DNA of 55,714 nucleotides from assembly GCA_016209255.1 (NCBI GenBank), contig JACQWL010000350.1, positions 1 through 55,714 on the forward strand, given 5' to 3'. Made by a program: the position numbers and the translations under genes. The DNA is from Verrucomicrobiota bacterium (lineage in GTDB: Bacteria > Verrucomicrobiota > Verrucomicrobiia > Opitutales > Opitutaceae). Numbering within the stretch: position 1 is the stretch's first letter; every line of letters starts with the position of its first letter. This document shows positions 46,989 through 55,714 of this stretch, piece by piece. The notes beneath the pieces were generated by a model. That model made no database searches. It saw nothing but the letters and a program-made list of their open reading frames with translations, and had not been told where the DNA came from.

Positions 46989-49979
46989 TCAGAATCGTCC
47001 GCTCACGCCGAACGTCACCGTCGGGCTGGGAATGTAGATCTGCGCGAGCTGGTCAGGATTGCCGCGATACCAGGACTGCATGACGTTGAAAACGTTCTGG
47101 GCGTCGATCGTGAAGCTGAGCCGCGGGCGGTATTGATAAGTCACACCGACGTTTGTCACGACCCGCTTGCGGGTGTATAGATTTCCGCCGGAGCCGACGG
47201 CCGTGAATTGTCGGACGTAATCGCCGACATAATTCGCGACCACGCGCGCGCCGAAACCCTTGTGCCGCCAGCTGGCAATCACATTTCCGCTCCGGGGGAT
47301 GAAACCGGGAACCTGTCCGGTGGTACGGTTGACGGTGCCGCCGAAATCGCCGTGCGCGTCGATCGCCGTGAAGTTGACCGTCGCGGCGAGACCCCTGAGC
47401 AGGCCGGGAAGAAACGTGAACTGCTGATGGTAGCTGAACTCCCAGCCTTGCACGAACGCGGTGCCGAGATTGGAGCGGGTGAGGATCTCGAACCCGGCGT
47501 ATTCGCCATTGTAACCATTGTCGGCGCCGGTCCCGACCGTGCCGGTGCGCACGCCGGTGACGAAGTAATCCTCAATCGCCTTGTGGAACCAGCCGACGGA
47601 GAGGTTGCCCACCGGCTCGAAATAATACTCGAGCGCCGCATCCCAGTTCTCGGCCGTTTGCGGCCTCAAGCTCGGATTGTTGATCGTCAACGTCTGGTTC
47701 GTTTCGCTGGGAGACTCGTTCGGCATCAGGTTGGACAAAGGCGGCCGGCCAAAGCTGGTGGACCAACTGAGGCGCCCCCGGAAGTTGGCCGTGATGTCGT
47801 GCGAGATGTGAGCGCTCGGGAACGATTTCGTGTAGCGGCCCGAAATCTCACGTCGGGTGTTGGCGTAGTCGCGCTGCGCCGCGCCCACCGGGTCGGCGAG
47901 CTGCTGGGCCGCCGTGCTGGCGACCCGCGCGCGCACCCAGCCCCAGCTGTCGTCCTCCGTCTTCTCGGTGCGCACGCCCCCGAGAAAACCGGTGCGGCCG
48001 ATTTTGCCCTGCGCCATGACGTACCCGGCCGTCACGGTTTCGGTCACTGAGCGGGTGCCGGTGTGCTTCGACATTTCGTGGAAGTAGCGGTCCTCCGTCC
48101 AGAGCGCAGCGTCGAGCGGCGTGCGACCGCGGGCGATCGCATTGGCATTCCACGCCGGAATTTTCAGCCCGGTCTTTTGGTCGCCAAACGTCTTGATGGT
48201 GGGATCGGCCGGGAGCTGGGCCGAGTTGGTCCCCGTGAAGTTATAGCGTTTGGACTTGCTCTGGTTGCCGACAAATTCCTCGCGCAGGCGGGCGCCCGTC
48301 TTGACGAAAAGCGCCATTTCCGTCGGCAGCTTGTAGCGCGCGTTGGCGCCGAGCTGCAGGATCTCGTGGTTGGCGCGCGTGTCGGCGAAATTGTAGCTGT
48401 TCGGCCGGTAGCTCGCGGGGTTGCTGATGGCAGGCCCCGCCGTCTGGATGAAGCGCGGGTAGAGATCCGATTGCGTGCGGTCCAGGATCCAGCCCACGCG
48501 GGTGACGCGGTTGACGAGCACGCCGCCATCGCCGCCGCCGCTCCGGATGCGGTCAATGCTCCGGACCGCATTGTAATCGAGCTGGAGCGGGCCGAATTCG
48601 TGTTCGGCTCCGAGGTCCACGTGGCGCTGGCGGTGGTAGAACTGCGACATGCGGGAACTGATGTCGATCGTCGACGCCGCGACCGGGCGCACCTCGGTGC
48701 TCCGGGCGGTGAAGCCGGGCACGACACCCGAGGTGGTGGCGTTCGGCACGGTGTTGGCATTGCCGGTGAACGCGCGGAAATTATAGCGCAGCCGGAAGCG
48801 CTCCATCGCGTCGTTGTAGATGCCGTTGAGCGAAATCTTGGTCCGCGGCGAGAGCCGGAAATCGAACTTCGCGTTCACGCTCGATTGCTTGCGGTTGTTG
48901 TAATTGTCCTCGGTGCCGTAGTCCCACAGATACGCCGGCTGGTTGGGGGTGTTTTGAAAATTGCGCGTCGTGGCGAAGTAGCCGACGGCCTGCTCGCTGT
49001 AGAACAGGTTGACGGCGACGCCGAGATTGCGCTCGCCACCGAGAACATCGAACAACTGTTGATGGGCGACATTGAAGAGCGGGTGGAACCGGTGGTCCTC
49101 GCGCATGGGAATCTGCTGGGTGCCGGCAGGGGCGAGCCGCCCGGAGAAATTGTAGGTGGTCCGGCGCCGTTCCTTCATGCTGAGCGGCGAGCGGCTCTTC
49201 AGGTTGATCGTGCCGCCGAGCGAATCCATCCCCTTGTCCGGCGTGTGGCCCTTCACCAGCTCGAGTTGCTCGAACATCGAGCCCGTGATCGTGTGGATGC
49301 GGGTCTGCCGGCTGGCCCCGCCCTGGCTGCCCATCAGCGCCCCATCGATCGTGATCGTGTTCATGCCGGGGCCCATGCCGCGGATGGTGAAGGCGTTGAG
49401 GTTGCCCTCGTCGTTCACGTTGCCCGCGACGCCAGGAAGGAGGACGGCAAGCTCGCTCGCGTTCATATTGGGCAGATTGCCGTAGGCATCGATCGCGACG
49501 ACGTTCTTCACGTTCGGCGCGTTGCGCTGCGCGGTGATCGCGGCGGCATTACCCTCGCGCTCGCCGGTAACCGTGACCGCGTCGAGCAAGTAGATGCCGG
49601 TCGTTAAATCGAAATCACGCGTGGCGCGCTGGGCCGCCGCAACGGTGACCTGCGCCCGGACCGAATCGAGACCGGTGTAGGACGCGACAAGCTCGTGGGA
49701 GCCGGCGGGCACGCCAATGAGCACGAAGCGGCCGGTGTTGTCCGTGAGCGCGACGAGGCCGAGCTGCGGCACCTCGACCCGCGCGCCTTCCAGCAGATTG
49801 CCGGTGCCGGCATTGCTCACGTTGCCCGAGATTACACCGGTCGAAACAGCGGTCGGGGTTGTCGCGCCGTACATCATAGAGGCGGCGGCGCTGCCAAGGG
49901 CAAAAATGAAGGCCGTGAACGGCCGGCGGCGGTGTGAGTGCGACTGAAGAAAACCGCGAGTCGAAGAATAGGTGCTCAT
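46989..49979 (-). CDS. TonB-dependent receptor with N-terminal carboxypeptidase-regulatory-like domain
   Basis: ISGNVSNAGTG..LEGARV, TDNTGRF, NVKNVVAIDAYGNLPNMN, LGGTINL; C-terminal GVSGRF. Confidence 0.93.
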   Translation of the reverse strand: MSTYSSTRGFLQSHSHRRRPFTAFIFALGSAAASMMYGATTPTAVSTGVISGNVSNAGTGNLLEGARVEVPQLGLVALTDNTGRFVLIGVPAGSHELVASYTGLDSVRAQVTVAAAQRATRDFDLTTGIYLLDAVTVTGEREGNAAAITAQRNAPNVKNVVAIDAYGNLPNMNASELAVLLPGVAGNVNDEGNLNAFTIRGMGPGMNTITIDGALMGSQGGASRQTRIHTITGSMFEQLELVKGHTPDKGMDSLGGTINLKSRSPLSMKERRRTTYNFSGRLAPAGTQQIPMREDHRFHPLFNVAHQQLFDVLGGERNLGVAVNLFYSEQAVGYFATTRNFQNTPNQPAYLWDYGTEDNYNNRKQSSVNAKFDFRLSPRTKISLNGIYNDAMERFRLRYNFRAFTGNANTVPNATTSGVVPGFTARSTEVRPVAASTIDISSRMSQFYHRQRHVDLGAEHEFGPLQLDYNAVRSIDRIRSGGGDGGVLVNRVTRVGWILDRTQSDLYPRFIQTAGPAISNPASYRPNSYNFADTRANHEILQLGANARYKLPTEMALFVKTGARLREEFVGNQSKSKRYNFTGTNSAQLPADPTIKTFGDQKTGLKIPAWNANAIARGRTPLDAALWTEDRYFHEMSKHTGTRSVTETVTAGYVMAQGKIGRTGFLGGVRTEKTEDDSWGWVRARVASTAAQQLADPVGAAQRDYANTRREISGRYTKSFPSAHISHDITANFRGRLSWSTSFGRPPLSNLMPNESPSETNQTLTINNPSLRPQTAENWDAALEYYFEPVGNLSVGWFHKAIEDYFVTGVRTGTVGTGADNGYNGEYAGFEILTRSNLGTAFVQGWEFSYHQQFTFLPGLLRGLAATVNFTAIDAHGDFGGTVNRTTGQVPGFIPRSGNVIASWRHKGFGARVVANYVGDYVRQFTAVGSGGNLYTRKRVVTNVGVTYQYRPRLSFTIDAQNVFNVMQSWYRGNPDQLAQIYIPSPTVTFGVSGRF

Positions 49980-50254
49980 GGTGTTGGGAGGACGACACGG
50001 GTTGGTTTGGACCGCGCGGGCACGCGCGTGTCGTTCGCGTGCCCCGCTGGCGGAAGGCGGTGACGTGCCTGTCGCCGCAACTTCTGGCGCGACGCTCTCC
50101 CGCATGTCACGACCCGGGCGAAAGCGTCACCCCATCGAGCTGCGAATCGGTGGTGATACGATTTTTCAAGTCGCGAAGAGCGGAGAAAATCGGAAGAAGC
50201 AGCGGCTCTGCCCTTGAGCGTTGGAAACCCGCGCCCCCACGCAAGAAGCGACGA

Positions 50255-50270
50255 CTGACAATCCGGTCAG
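50255..50270. promoter_or_regulatory. CTGAC-N6-GTCAG palindrome (CTGACAATCCGGTCAG)
   Basis: Intergenic, upstream of TBDR 49979. Confidence 0.55.
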
Positions 50271-50396
50271 GAAATCTGGTCGGGGCCGCGCCGGCCCGCG
50301 ACGACGCAGCGGCAAAAAGGCGCGATGCGTGGCAGTTCGGTCGGACGAAACCGAGTGTGCTCACCCGTGCCTCAGTGCCTCCGCGGCGGCCTTTGG

Positions 50397-53300
50397 TCAG
50401 AACCGGCCGCTCACACCGAGCGTGACGGTGACGAAGTTGATGATGACATCCTGAGTTCGTCCCGGTATTCCTTGATAGAGTCGCTGCGGTTCGTTGAAGA
50501 GATTTGCGACGTCGCAGGTGAGCGTAACCGACGGTCGCAGCCGGTAGGCCAGCCCGAGATTCACGGTGTTCCGATCGTAGCGGTAAAGATTCAATGCGGG
50601 ACTGGTGGCGGAATAACTGGCGATGTGCGCCCCGGTGAAATTAAAAAGCACACGCGAGCTGAACCCGCGATAGCGCCAGCTGAGACTGACATTGCCCGCT
50701 TTCGGGATGAATCCGGCGACCTCCCCTGTCTTCCGGTTGGTGGTGCCACCGAAATTCCCGTTGGTTTCGATGGCCGTATAGTTGGCGGAGCCGCTCAGGC
50801 CCTTGAGGAGCCCGGGCAGGAAGGTGAACTGCTGCTGGTAGCTGAACTCCCATCCCTTGACCGTCGCCATGCCGGCGTTGTCGGTCGTGCGGCGTGAGAA
50901 GCCTTCGTATTCTCCATTATAGCCGTTGTCGTTGCCGCCGGCGACAATGCCGGCGTCGATCCCGCTCACAATAAAGTCCTTGATGTTCTTGTGGAACCAG
51001 CCGACCGACAGGCTGCCCACGGGCTCGAAATAATAATCCAGGGTAAAGTCCCAGTTTTTTGCTGTTTGCGGGAGGAGGCTGGGATTGTTGATGGTAACCG
51101 TCTGATTGGTCTCACTGATACTCTCGTTCGGCAGCAGATTCGACAGCGCGGGCCGGCCGAAGCTCGTGGACCAACTGAGCCGGGCCTTCAGATTTGGGGC
51201 GATGTCGTGGGTGAGGTGCGCGCTCGGGAACGATTTCGTGTAACTCCCCTTGGTCACGCGCTGCGTGTTGTCGTAATCGCGTTTGGCGGAGCCGACCGGA
51301 TCGGCGCGCTGCTGGGCGGCGGTGCTGGCAAACCGGGCCCGCACCCAGCCCGAGCCCTCCGTATCAGTCTTCTCGGTGCGCACGCCCGTGAGATATCCGG
51401 TGCGGTGCAGCCAGCCGTCGCGGCCAAAGCTGCCCTGCGCCATCACATAGCCGGCGGTCACTTCTTCGCTCGCTTTCCGCGTGCCCGTATACTTGAGCTG
51501 CTCATGATAGTAGAGATCCTCCTGCCAGAGTGACGCATTGGCGGGATACCAGCCCGCCGAGCCCCCAGCCAAGAAATCCGAAAGCTGCCAGCGGGGAAGA
51601 TTCATCCCAGTCTTGAGGTTGGCGAACGGACGGGCATTTCGGTCGGCGGCGAGCGCCGTGGCGCCGATGTAGCTCCAGCGGCGGGAATAATTCTGCAGGT
51701 TCACCGACTGCTTGCGCCAGGCGATGCCGGCCTTCAGATGGGTCGGCACGGCCGTCGGCAGCTTATAGCGCACGTTTCCGCGGGCCTGCGGAACTTCCTG
51801 CGGCTGTTCCGAGCTGGACTTGGTGAGGCCGTTCGCGATGGGCCGGTAGTTAGCCGGATTGGTCATGTCGAGGCCCGCCGTCTGGGTGAAACGAGGGTAG
51901 GTGTCGGACTGCGTGCGGTCGACGATCCATCCGATGTTGCTGATGCGGTTCGTCAGCGCGGTCGAACCGCCACGGGCATGCAGGCCGGTTTGCTGGTGGT
52001 TCCGGCTGAAGCCGACATTGTAGTCGATCTGGAACGGGCCGTACTCGTGCTCGGCGCCAAAGTCCACCATGTAGGTTTCGACAATGTAGCTGTTCGGCCC
52101 ATTCGCCAGGATGTCGATTTGCGCCGCCGGGATCGCCCGCACCTGGGTGATCTTATCGGTGAAACCGGGAATGACTCCCGACGTTGTGGCGTTCGGAACC
52201 GTATTGGCGTTTCCGGTGTAGGCCCGGGTGTTGAAGGAGCGACGGAACCGCTCGACGTTGTCGTTGATGGTCAGGTTGAGCGAGTACTTGGTGTTGAAGG
52301 AATGGCGGTAGTCCGTCTTCACATTTACGCTTCTCTGTTTGCGGTTGTTGAAATTCTCCCGCGTCTGGTAACTCCAAAGGTAGGCAGGCTGGGTAATGGC
52401 GTTCTGATACTGATGGGTCACGCGATACCCGCCCACGGCGTTCTCGCTGTAAAACAGATTCACCGCCACGCCGAGGTTGCGCTCGCCGCCGACCACGCTG
52501 AACACCTCCTGATAGGCGAGGTTCAATAACGGATGGGCCCGGTGTTCCTCCCGGAGCGGGATCTGCTCGGTGAACGAAGGGGCGACCCGCATCGTCGCGC
52601 TATAGGAAATCCGGCGCTTTTCCTTCATGTTCAACGGCGAGCGCGTCTTCATGTTGATCGTTCCGCCCAGCGAATCAGCGGTCTTGTCGGGCGTGTGTCC
52701 CTTGATCAGCTCAAGCTGCTCGAACATCGTGCCGGTGAGGCTCTGCAGTTCGAAGGCCCGATTCGTGCCGATGCTCGCCATGAGGCCCCCGTCCACGGTG
52801 ACCGTGTTGAGCGCGGCGTCCATGCCGCGGACGTTGAAGCGGTAGGCCAAGCCCTCCTCCGTGGGATTGCCAGCGATGCCGGGCAGGCGCATGACAACCT
52901 CCCCGGCACTCATGTTGGGCAGGTTGCCAAAGGAGTCCATCGCGACGATATTCTTCACGTTGCTGGCATTGCGCTGCGCGGTGATGGCGAGCGCGTCACC
53001 TTCGCGTTCCCCCGTGACCTTGAACGCCTCCAGTCGGTAGATGCTCGACGTGAGCTCGAAATCGCGCACGGCGCGCTGACCGGCGGCGACCACCACCTGA
53101 CGGCGGAAAGGATCGAGGCCAATATAGGACACGACGATTTCGTGTGTCCCGGAAGGCACCCCGGTGAGCACAAAGCGGCCGGTATTGTCGGTGAGCGTCC
53201 TGAGCCCCAAGGCCGTCACCTCGACCTTCGCACCTTCGAGCAGATTACGGGTGGCGGTGTTGCTTACCGTGCCCGTGACTGTGCCGGTTTGCTGAGAGGA

Positions 53301-53402
53301 AGCGGCGGCCGGGTTGCGGTCCGCCGCGTGAGTGACTTGAGCCAGTCCGAAGACCAGCGCCATCCATCCGATGATCAGGGCTGGGGTATTTTTTCGATTC
53401 AT
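50397..53402 (-). CDS. TonB-dependent receptor, paralog of 46989-49979
   Basis: Same architecture with long shared stretches (e.g. NANTVPNATTSGV, YTKSFPSAH); C-terminal GVSGRF. Confidence 0.93.
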   Translation of the reverse strand: MNRKNTPALIIGWMALVFGLAQVTHAADRNPAAASSQQTGTVTGTVSNTATRNLLEGAKVEVTALGLRTLTDNTGRFVLTGVPSGTHEIVVSYIGLDPFRRQVVVAAGQRAVRDFELTSSIYRLEAFKVTGEREGDALAITAQRNASNVKNIVAMDSFGNLPNMSAGEVVMRLPGIAGNPTEEGLAYRFNVRGMDAALNTVTVDGGLMASIGTNRAFELQSLTGTMFEQLELIKGHTPDKTADSLGGTINMKTRSPLNMKEKRRISYSATMRVAPSFTEQIPLREEHRAHPLLNLAYQEVFSVVGGERNLGVAVNLFYSENAVGGYRVTHQYQNAITQPAYLWSYQTRENFNNRKQRSVNVKTDYRHSFNTKYSLNLTINDNVERFRRSFNTRAYTGNANTVPNATTSGVIPGFTDKITQVRAIPAAQIDILANGPNSYIVETYMVDFGAEHEYGPFQIDYNVGFSRNHQQTGLHARGGSTALTNRISNIGWIVDRTQSDTYPRFTQTAGLDMTNPANYRPIANGLTKSSSEQPQEVPQARGNVRYKLPTAVPTHLKAGIAWRKQSVNLQNYSRRWSYIGATALAADRNARPFANLKTGMNLPRWQLSDFLAGGSAGWYPANASLWQEDLYYHEQLKYTGTRKASEEVTAGYVMAQGSFGRDGWLHRTGYLTGVRTEKTDTEGSGWVRARFASTAAQQRADPVGSAKRDYDNTQRVTKGSYTKSFPSAHLTHDIAPNLKARLSWSTSFGRPALSNLLPNESISETNQTVTINNPSLLPQTAKNWDFTLDYYFEPVGSLSVGWFHKNIKDFIVSGIDAGIVAGGNDNGYNGEYEGFSRRTTDNAGMATVKGWEFSYQQQFTFLPGLLKGLSGSANYTAIETNGNFGGTTNRKTGEVAGFIPKAGNVSLSWRYRGFSSRVLFNFTGAHIASYSATSPALNLYRYDRNTVNLGLAYRLRPSVTLTCDVANLFNEPQRLYQGIPGRTQDVIINFVTVTLGVSGRF

Positions 53403-53556
53403 GGTGATACTTGATTGAAACTGAATGTTAGGCCGGAGTGGTTTTACGGCGTTGACCAGTGTCATCGGGGTACGGGGTTGATGGTGGGGGCGCAGGGACC
53501 AAGTGCAGTGCTATCTCCAGTGCTGCGGCAGTGCGCCGCTTTGCAACCTTCCGGCG

Positions 53557-53572
53557 CTGACATTTCGGTCAG
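53557..53572. promoter_or_regulatory. CTGAC-N6-GTCAG palindrome (CTGACATTTCGGTCAG)
   Basis: Upstream of TBDR 53402, overlapping the stop codon of the HAD gene. Confidence 0.55.
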
Positions 53573-54402
53573 GCAGAGCACGCGGGATTTCCGTCCCGTA
53601 ACAGCGAATCGGCGACACCGTCGCTGCCGGGGATGTATAGATGACCGGCGGCTTCGAGGACCCCGAAGTGGCTCAACCCCGCGAGCACGCCGTCGGCCAT
53701 CTTTTCGCGCGTGATCAACGGCTTGAATCGCCCCGCCGCGGCGAACAATTCGCCCGACGCATTTCCCACGAGGATGCCGCGCACGCCGGCCAGCGCGAAC
53801 ATGCTGCCGTTGTTCGCACTCGCGCCCGCCACGAGCACGTTCTCCAACGGCACGCCGATCCGCCGGCACAGCCACGCCAGCGCATTTCCCTTGCCGGCGC
53901 GGCGCGGAACGACGTCGAGATAAACGCTGTTGGCATAGCCCACCGTCACATCGAGTCCGGCCTTCTCGAATTGGATTTCGAGCCGCACGACCTCGGCGGC
54001 GGTGGCGCGATGCCAGTGCCAGCTCAACTTGCAGGGATTGAGAAACTCCGCGGGCTGCCGGTGCACGCCGGGTATGCTCTCCACGATTCGCTCCACCGTC
54101 GCACCGTCCCAACCCGGCGCGATGCTGGCGTGAAACTCCGCCGCGACGTGCGCATCCACGGCGTCGTGCATTTCCGTGCCGATGCCCCCGATGATGAACT
54201 CCGGAGCCGGCAGCTGCCGCTCCAACACGAGCCACTGGGTGTCGCCAACGTTGCGGCCGGTGTTGTACACGAGCAACGGGCGCCGCTCCGCGTCGAGCGA
54301 TTGCCAGGTGAAGCGGAAGCGCTCGGCTGCCATCGCATCGCCGAGGATCGTATCGTCGAGATCGGTGGCGAACAACCGGACCGGATGGGTGGAATCGCTC
54401 AT
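53569..54402 (-). CDS. MfppA/sucrose-phosphatase-like HAD-IIB paralog with degenerate motif IV
   Basis: ATDLDDT, YNTGR, KGNAL present; GDxxND reads GASANN. Confidence 0.85.
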   Translation of the reverse strand: MSDSTHPVRLFATDLDDTILGDAMAAERFRFTWQSLDAERRPLLVYNTGRNVGDTQWLVLERQLPAPEFIIGGIGTEMHDAVDAHVAAEFHASIAPGWDGATVERIVESIPGVHRQPAEFLNPCKLSWHWHRATAAEVVRLEIQFEKAGLDVTVGYANSVYLDVVPRRAGKGNALAWLCRRIGVPLENVLVAGASANNGSMFALAGVRGILVGNASGELFAAAGRFKPLITREKMADGVLAGLSHFGVLEAAGHLYIPGSDGVADSLLRDGNPACSA

Positions 54403-54602
54403 GACCGCAGCATCGACCTCATTCCGATCGCTGATTCAGCGTGCGCAATTGCGGGACCGCGCGGACGACGGGCTTTCAGGTTCATCACCCAGTCCTTGAT
54501 CCCGAGAATCAGCAGAGCGGCGGTGGCGATCAGAAACGCGAACTCGTCGACGCGCAGCCCCGCGTCTTGGGCGAGAGTGAACATGGCGTGGTGCAGGTTC
54601 AT
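54399..54602 (-). CDS. Small single-pass membrane protein (67 aa)
   Basis: Hydrophobic FAFLIATAALLILGI followed by a basic tail; ATGA overlap with the HAD gene. Confidence 0.6.
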   Translation of the reverse strand: MNLHHAMFTLAQDAGLRVDEFAFLIATAALLILGIKDWVMNLKARRPRGPAIAHAESAIGMRSMLRS

Positions 54603-54649
54603 GCCACAAATAAGGACGACGTCACGTCACGATCGGCAAAGCCTCCCGC

Positions 54650-54665
54650 CTGATAAATCTGTCAG
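54650..54665. promoter_or_regulatory. CTGAY-N6-GTCAG palindrome (CTGATAAATCTGTCAG) with further TCAGG/CCTGA half-sites to about 54696
   Basis: About 48 nt upstream of ATG 54602. Confidence 0.55.
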
Positions 54666-54781
54666 GTTCGCCAGGAACAAATCAGGCGGCGCCTGAAGCC
54701 ACGACCGCGCCGCCGGTCGACCAGGACGTCAACGGTGATGGCTCGAGGCAGGCGGCCCGTAATCCGGGCATCGGTCGCCGC

Positions 54782-55714
54782 TCACAGATCGAACGTCGTG
54801 GTGAAAATAAACGTGCGCGGGTCGATGATACGGAACGAGTGAGGCTGGCCATTGGGGTAGGCGCCGATCGGCCGCAAGTGGGCCTTCGATTCCTGAATGT
54901 TGCGCACGTTGAGCTGGAAGCGGGCGCGGATCTTGTCGCGGAAGAGCCGGGTCGTGTAGGTGGCGAAGGCGTCGAAGTAGTAGTGCGCCGGGTCGTAGAT
55001 CGGGCGGTTGGGAGCGGTGCTGCTCGCGAGTCGGGATCTGCTGCGTGAATGACGGCGCAATCCGGGCGGAGAAATTGTAGGTAATCCGGCGCTTTTCCTT
55101 CATGTTGAGCGCCGAGCGGCTCTTGAAGTTGATCGTGCCGCCGAGAGACTCGGCACTCTTGTCGGGCGTATGGCCCTTGATGAGCTCGAGTTGGTCGAAC
55201 ATCCCGCTGGTGATGCTTTGATTCTCGAAGGCGCGGTTGAAGCCGAGGGCCGAGAGGCGGGCGCCGTCCATGGTGACGGTGTTGAGCGCAGCACTCATGC
55301 CGCGGATGTTGAATTGATAATTGAGGCCCTCTTCGGTCGGGCTGCCCGCGACGCCCGGCAGGCGCATGATCACCTCGCCGGCGCTCATGTTGGGCAGGTT
55401 GCCGAACGAATCCATCGCGACGACGTTCTTCACGTTGAGCGCATTGCGCTGCGCGGTGATGGCCGCGGCGTCGCCTTCGCGTTCGCCGACCACCTTGAAC
55501 GCGTCGAGTTTGTAGATGCCGGTCGTCAGATCGAAATCGCGCACGGCGCTCTGGCCGGGGGCGACGGTCACCAGGCTCCGCACGGTATCGAGTCCAAGGT
55601 AGGAAACGACGATCTCATGGGCGCCAGCCGGCACGGCGGAGAGCACGAAACGTCCCGCGTGATCGGTGAGCTCGCTCAGGCCGAGCCGGGGCACTTCAAT
55701 TCTGGCGCCTTCGA
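54782..55714 (-). pseudogene. Chimeric, internally deleted TonB-dependent receptor (partial at window end)
   Basis: N-terminal and plug region like TBDR 50397-53402 up to QIPTREQHR, then an out-of-frame jump at about 55015 to APNRPIYD...IIDPRTFIFTTTFDL-stop. Confidence 0.85.

Noticed and set aside
41498-49607. Long plus-strand ORFs opposite the osmolyte and TBDR genes (41498-43879, 44876-46303, 48063-49607)
   Set aside because: Antisense shadows with no recognisable domains.
1-55714. CRISPR arrays, tRNA/rRNA genes, riboswitches, sigma-54 promoters
   Set aside because: No regular repeat-spacer units or RNA gene signatures were seen by eye; the TGGCA..TGC candidate near 54600 has the wrong spacing. 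An Infernal/tRNAscan run would be needed to exclude small RNAs.

Overview
GC-rich bacterial window, most likely Opitutaceae (Verrucomicrobiota), judged from Opitutus-style TonB-dependent receptors (TBDRs) and a remnant 'VNLxTRG...LLVTLPAGSYS...LVEVFD' domain. It falls into three blocks. (1) 0.3-25.3 kb is intact: a cytoplasmic signalling cascade (REC-Zn finger, REC-3xPAS-kinase, Rcp1-like REC, REC-HisKA_3 kinase, NarL-type regulator) followed by a compact hybrid NRPS-PKS operon (C-A-T; C-A-T; KS-AT-ACP-C-A-T; C-A-T-TE), a SyrD/PvdE-type ABC exporter and an Sfp-type PPTase. A-domain codes read by eye suggest Leu-Gly-(malonyl, unreduced)-Ala-Val. The thioesterase is non-canonical (Cys nucleophile; Asn at the usual Asp site). 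An 18-bp dyad placed 22-23 nt before a -10-like hexamer precedes the NRPS operon and three signalling genes. (2) 25.4-37.6 kb is decayed: frameshifted S8-SLH protease, broken RRE-M50 peptidase/ParB-like locus with a candidate precursor peptide, truncated S8, nonsense-mutated REC-PAS-coiled-coil gene, and IS4, IS91-like and IS3 remnants. (3) 38-55.7 kb holds three intact TBDRs and one chimeric broken one, interleaved with a mannosylfructose/osmostress operon (mfpsA, MscS, USP, MfppA-GH100 fusion), a pseudo-receiver and a degenerate HAD paralog. A CTGAC-N6-GTCAG-type palindrome recurs five times in this block, at or next to intergenic gaps. All calls come from reading the sequence and recalled family motifs; no database search was run.
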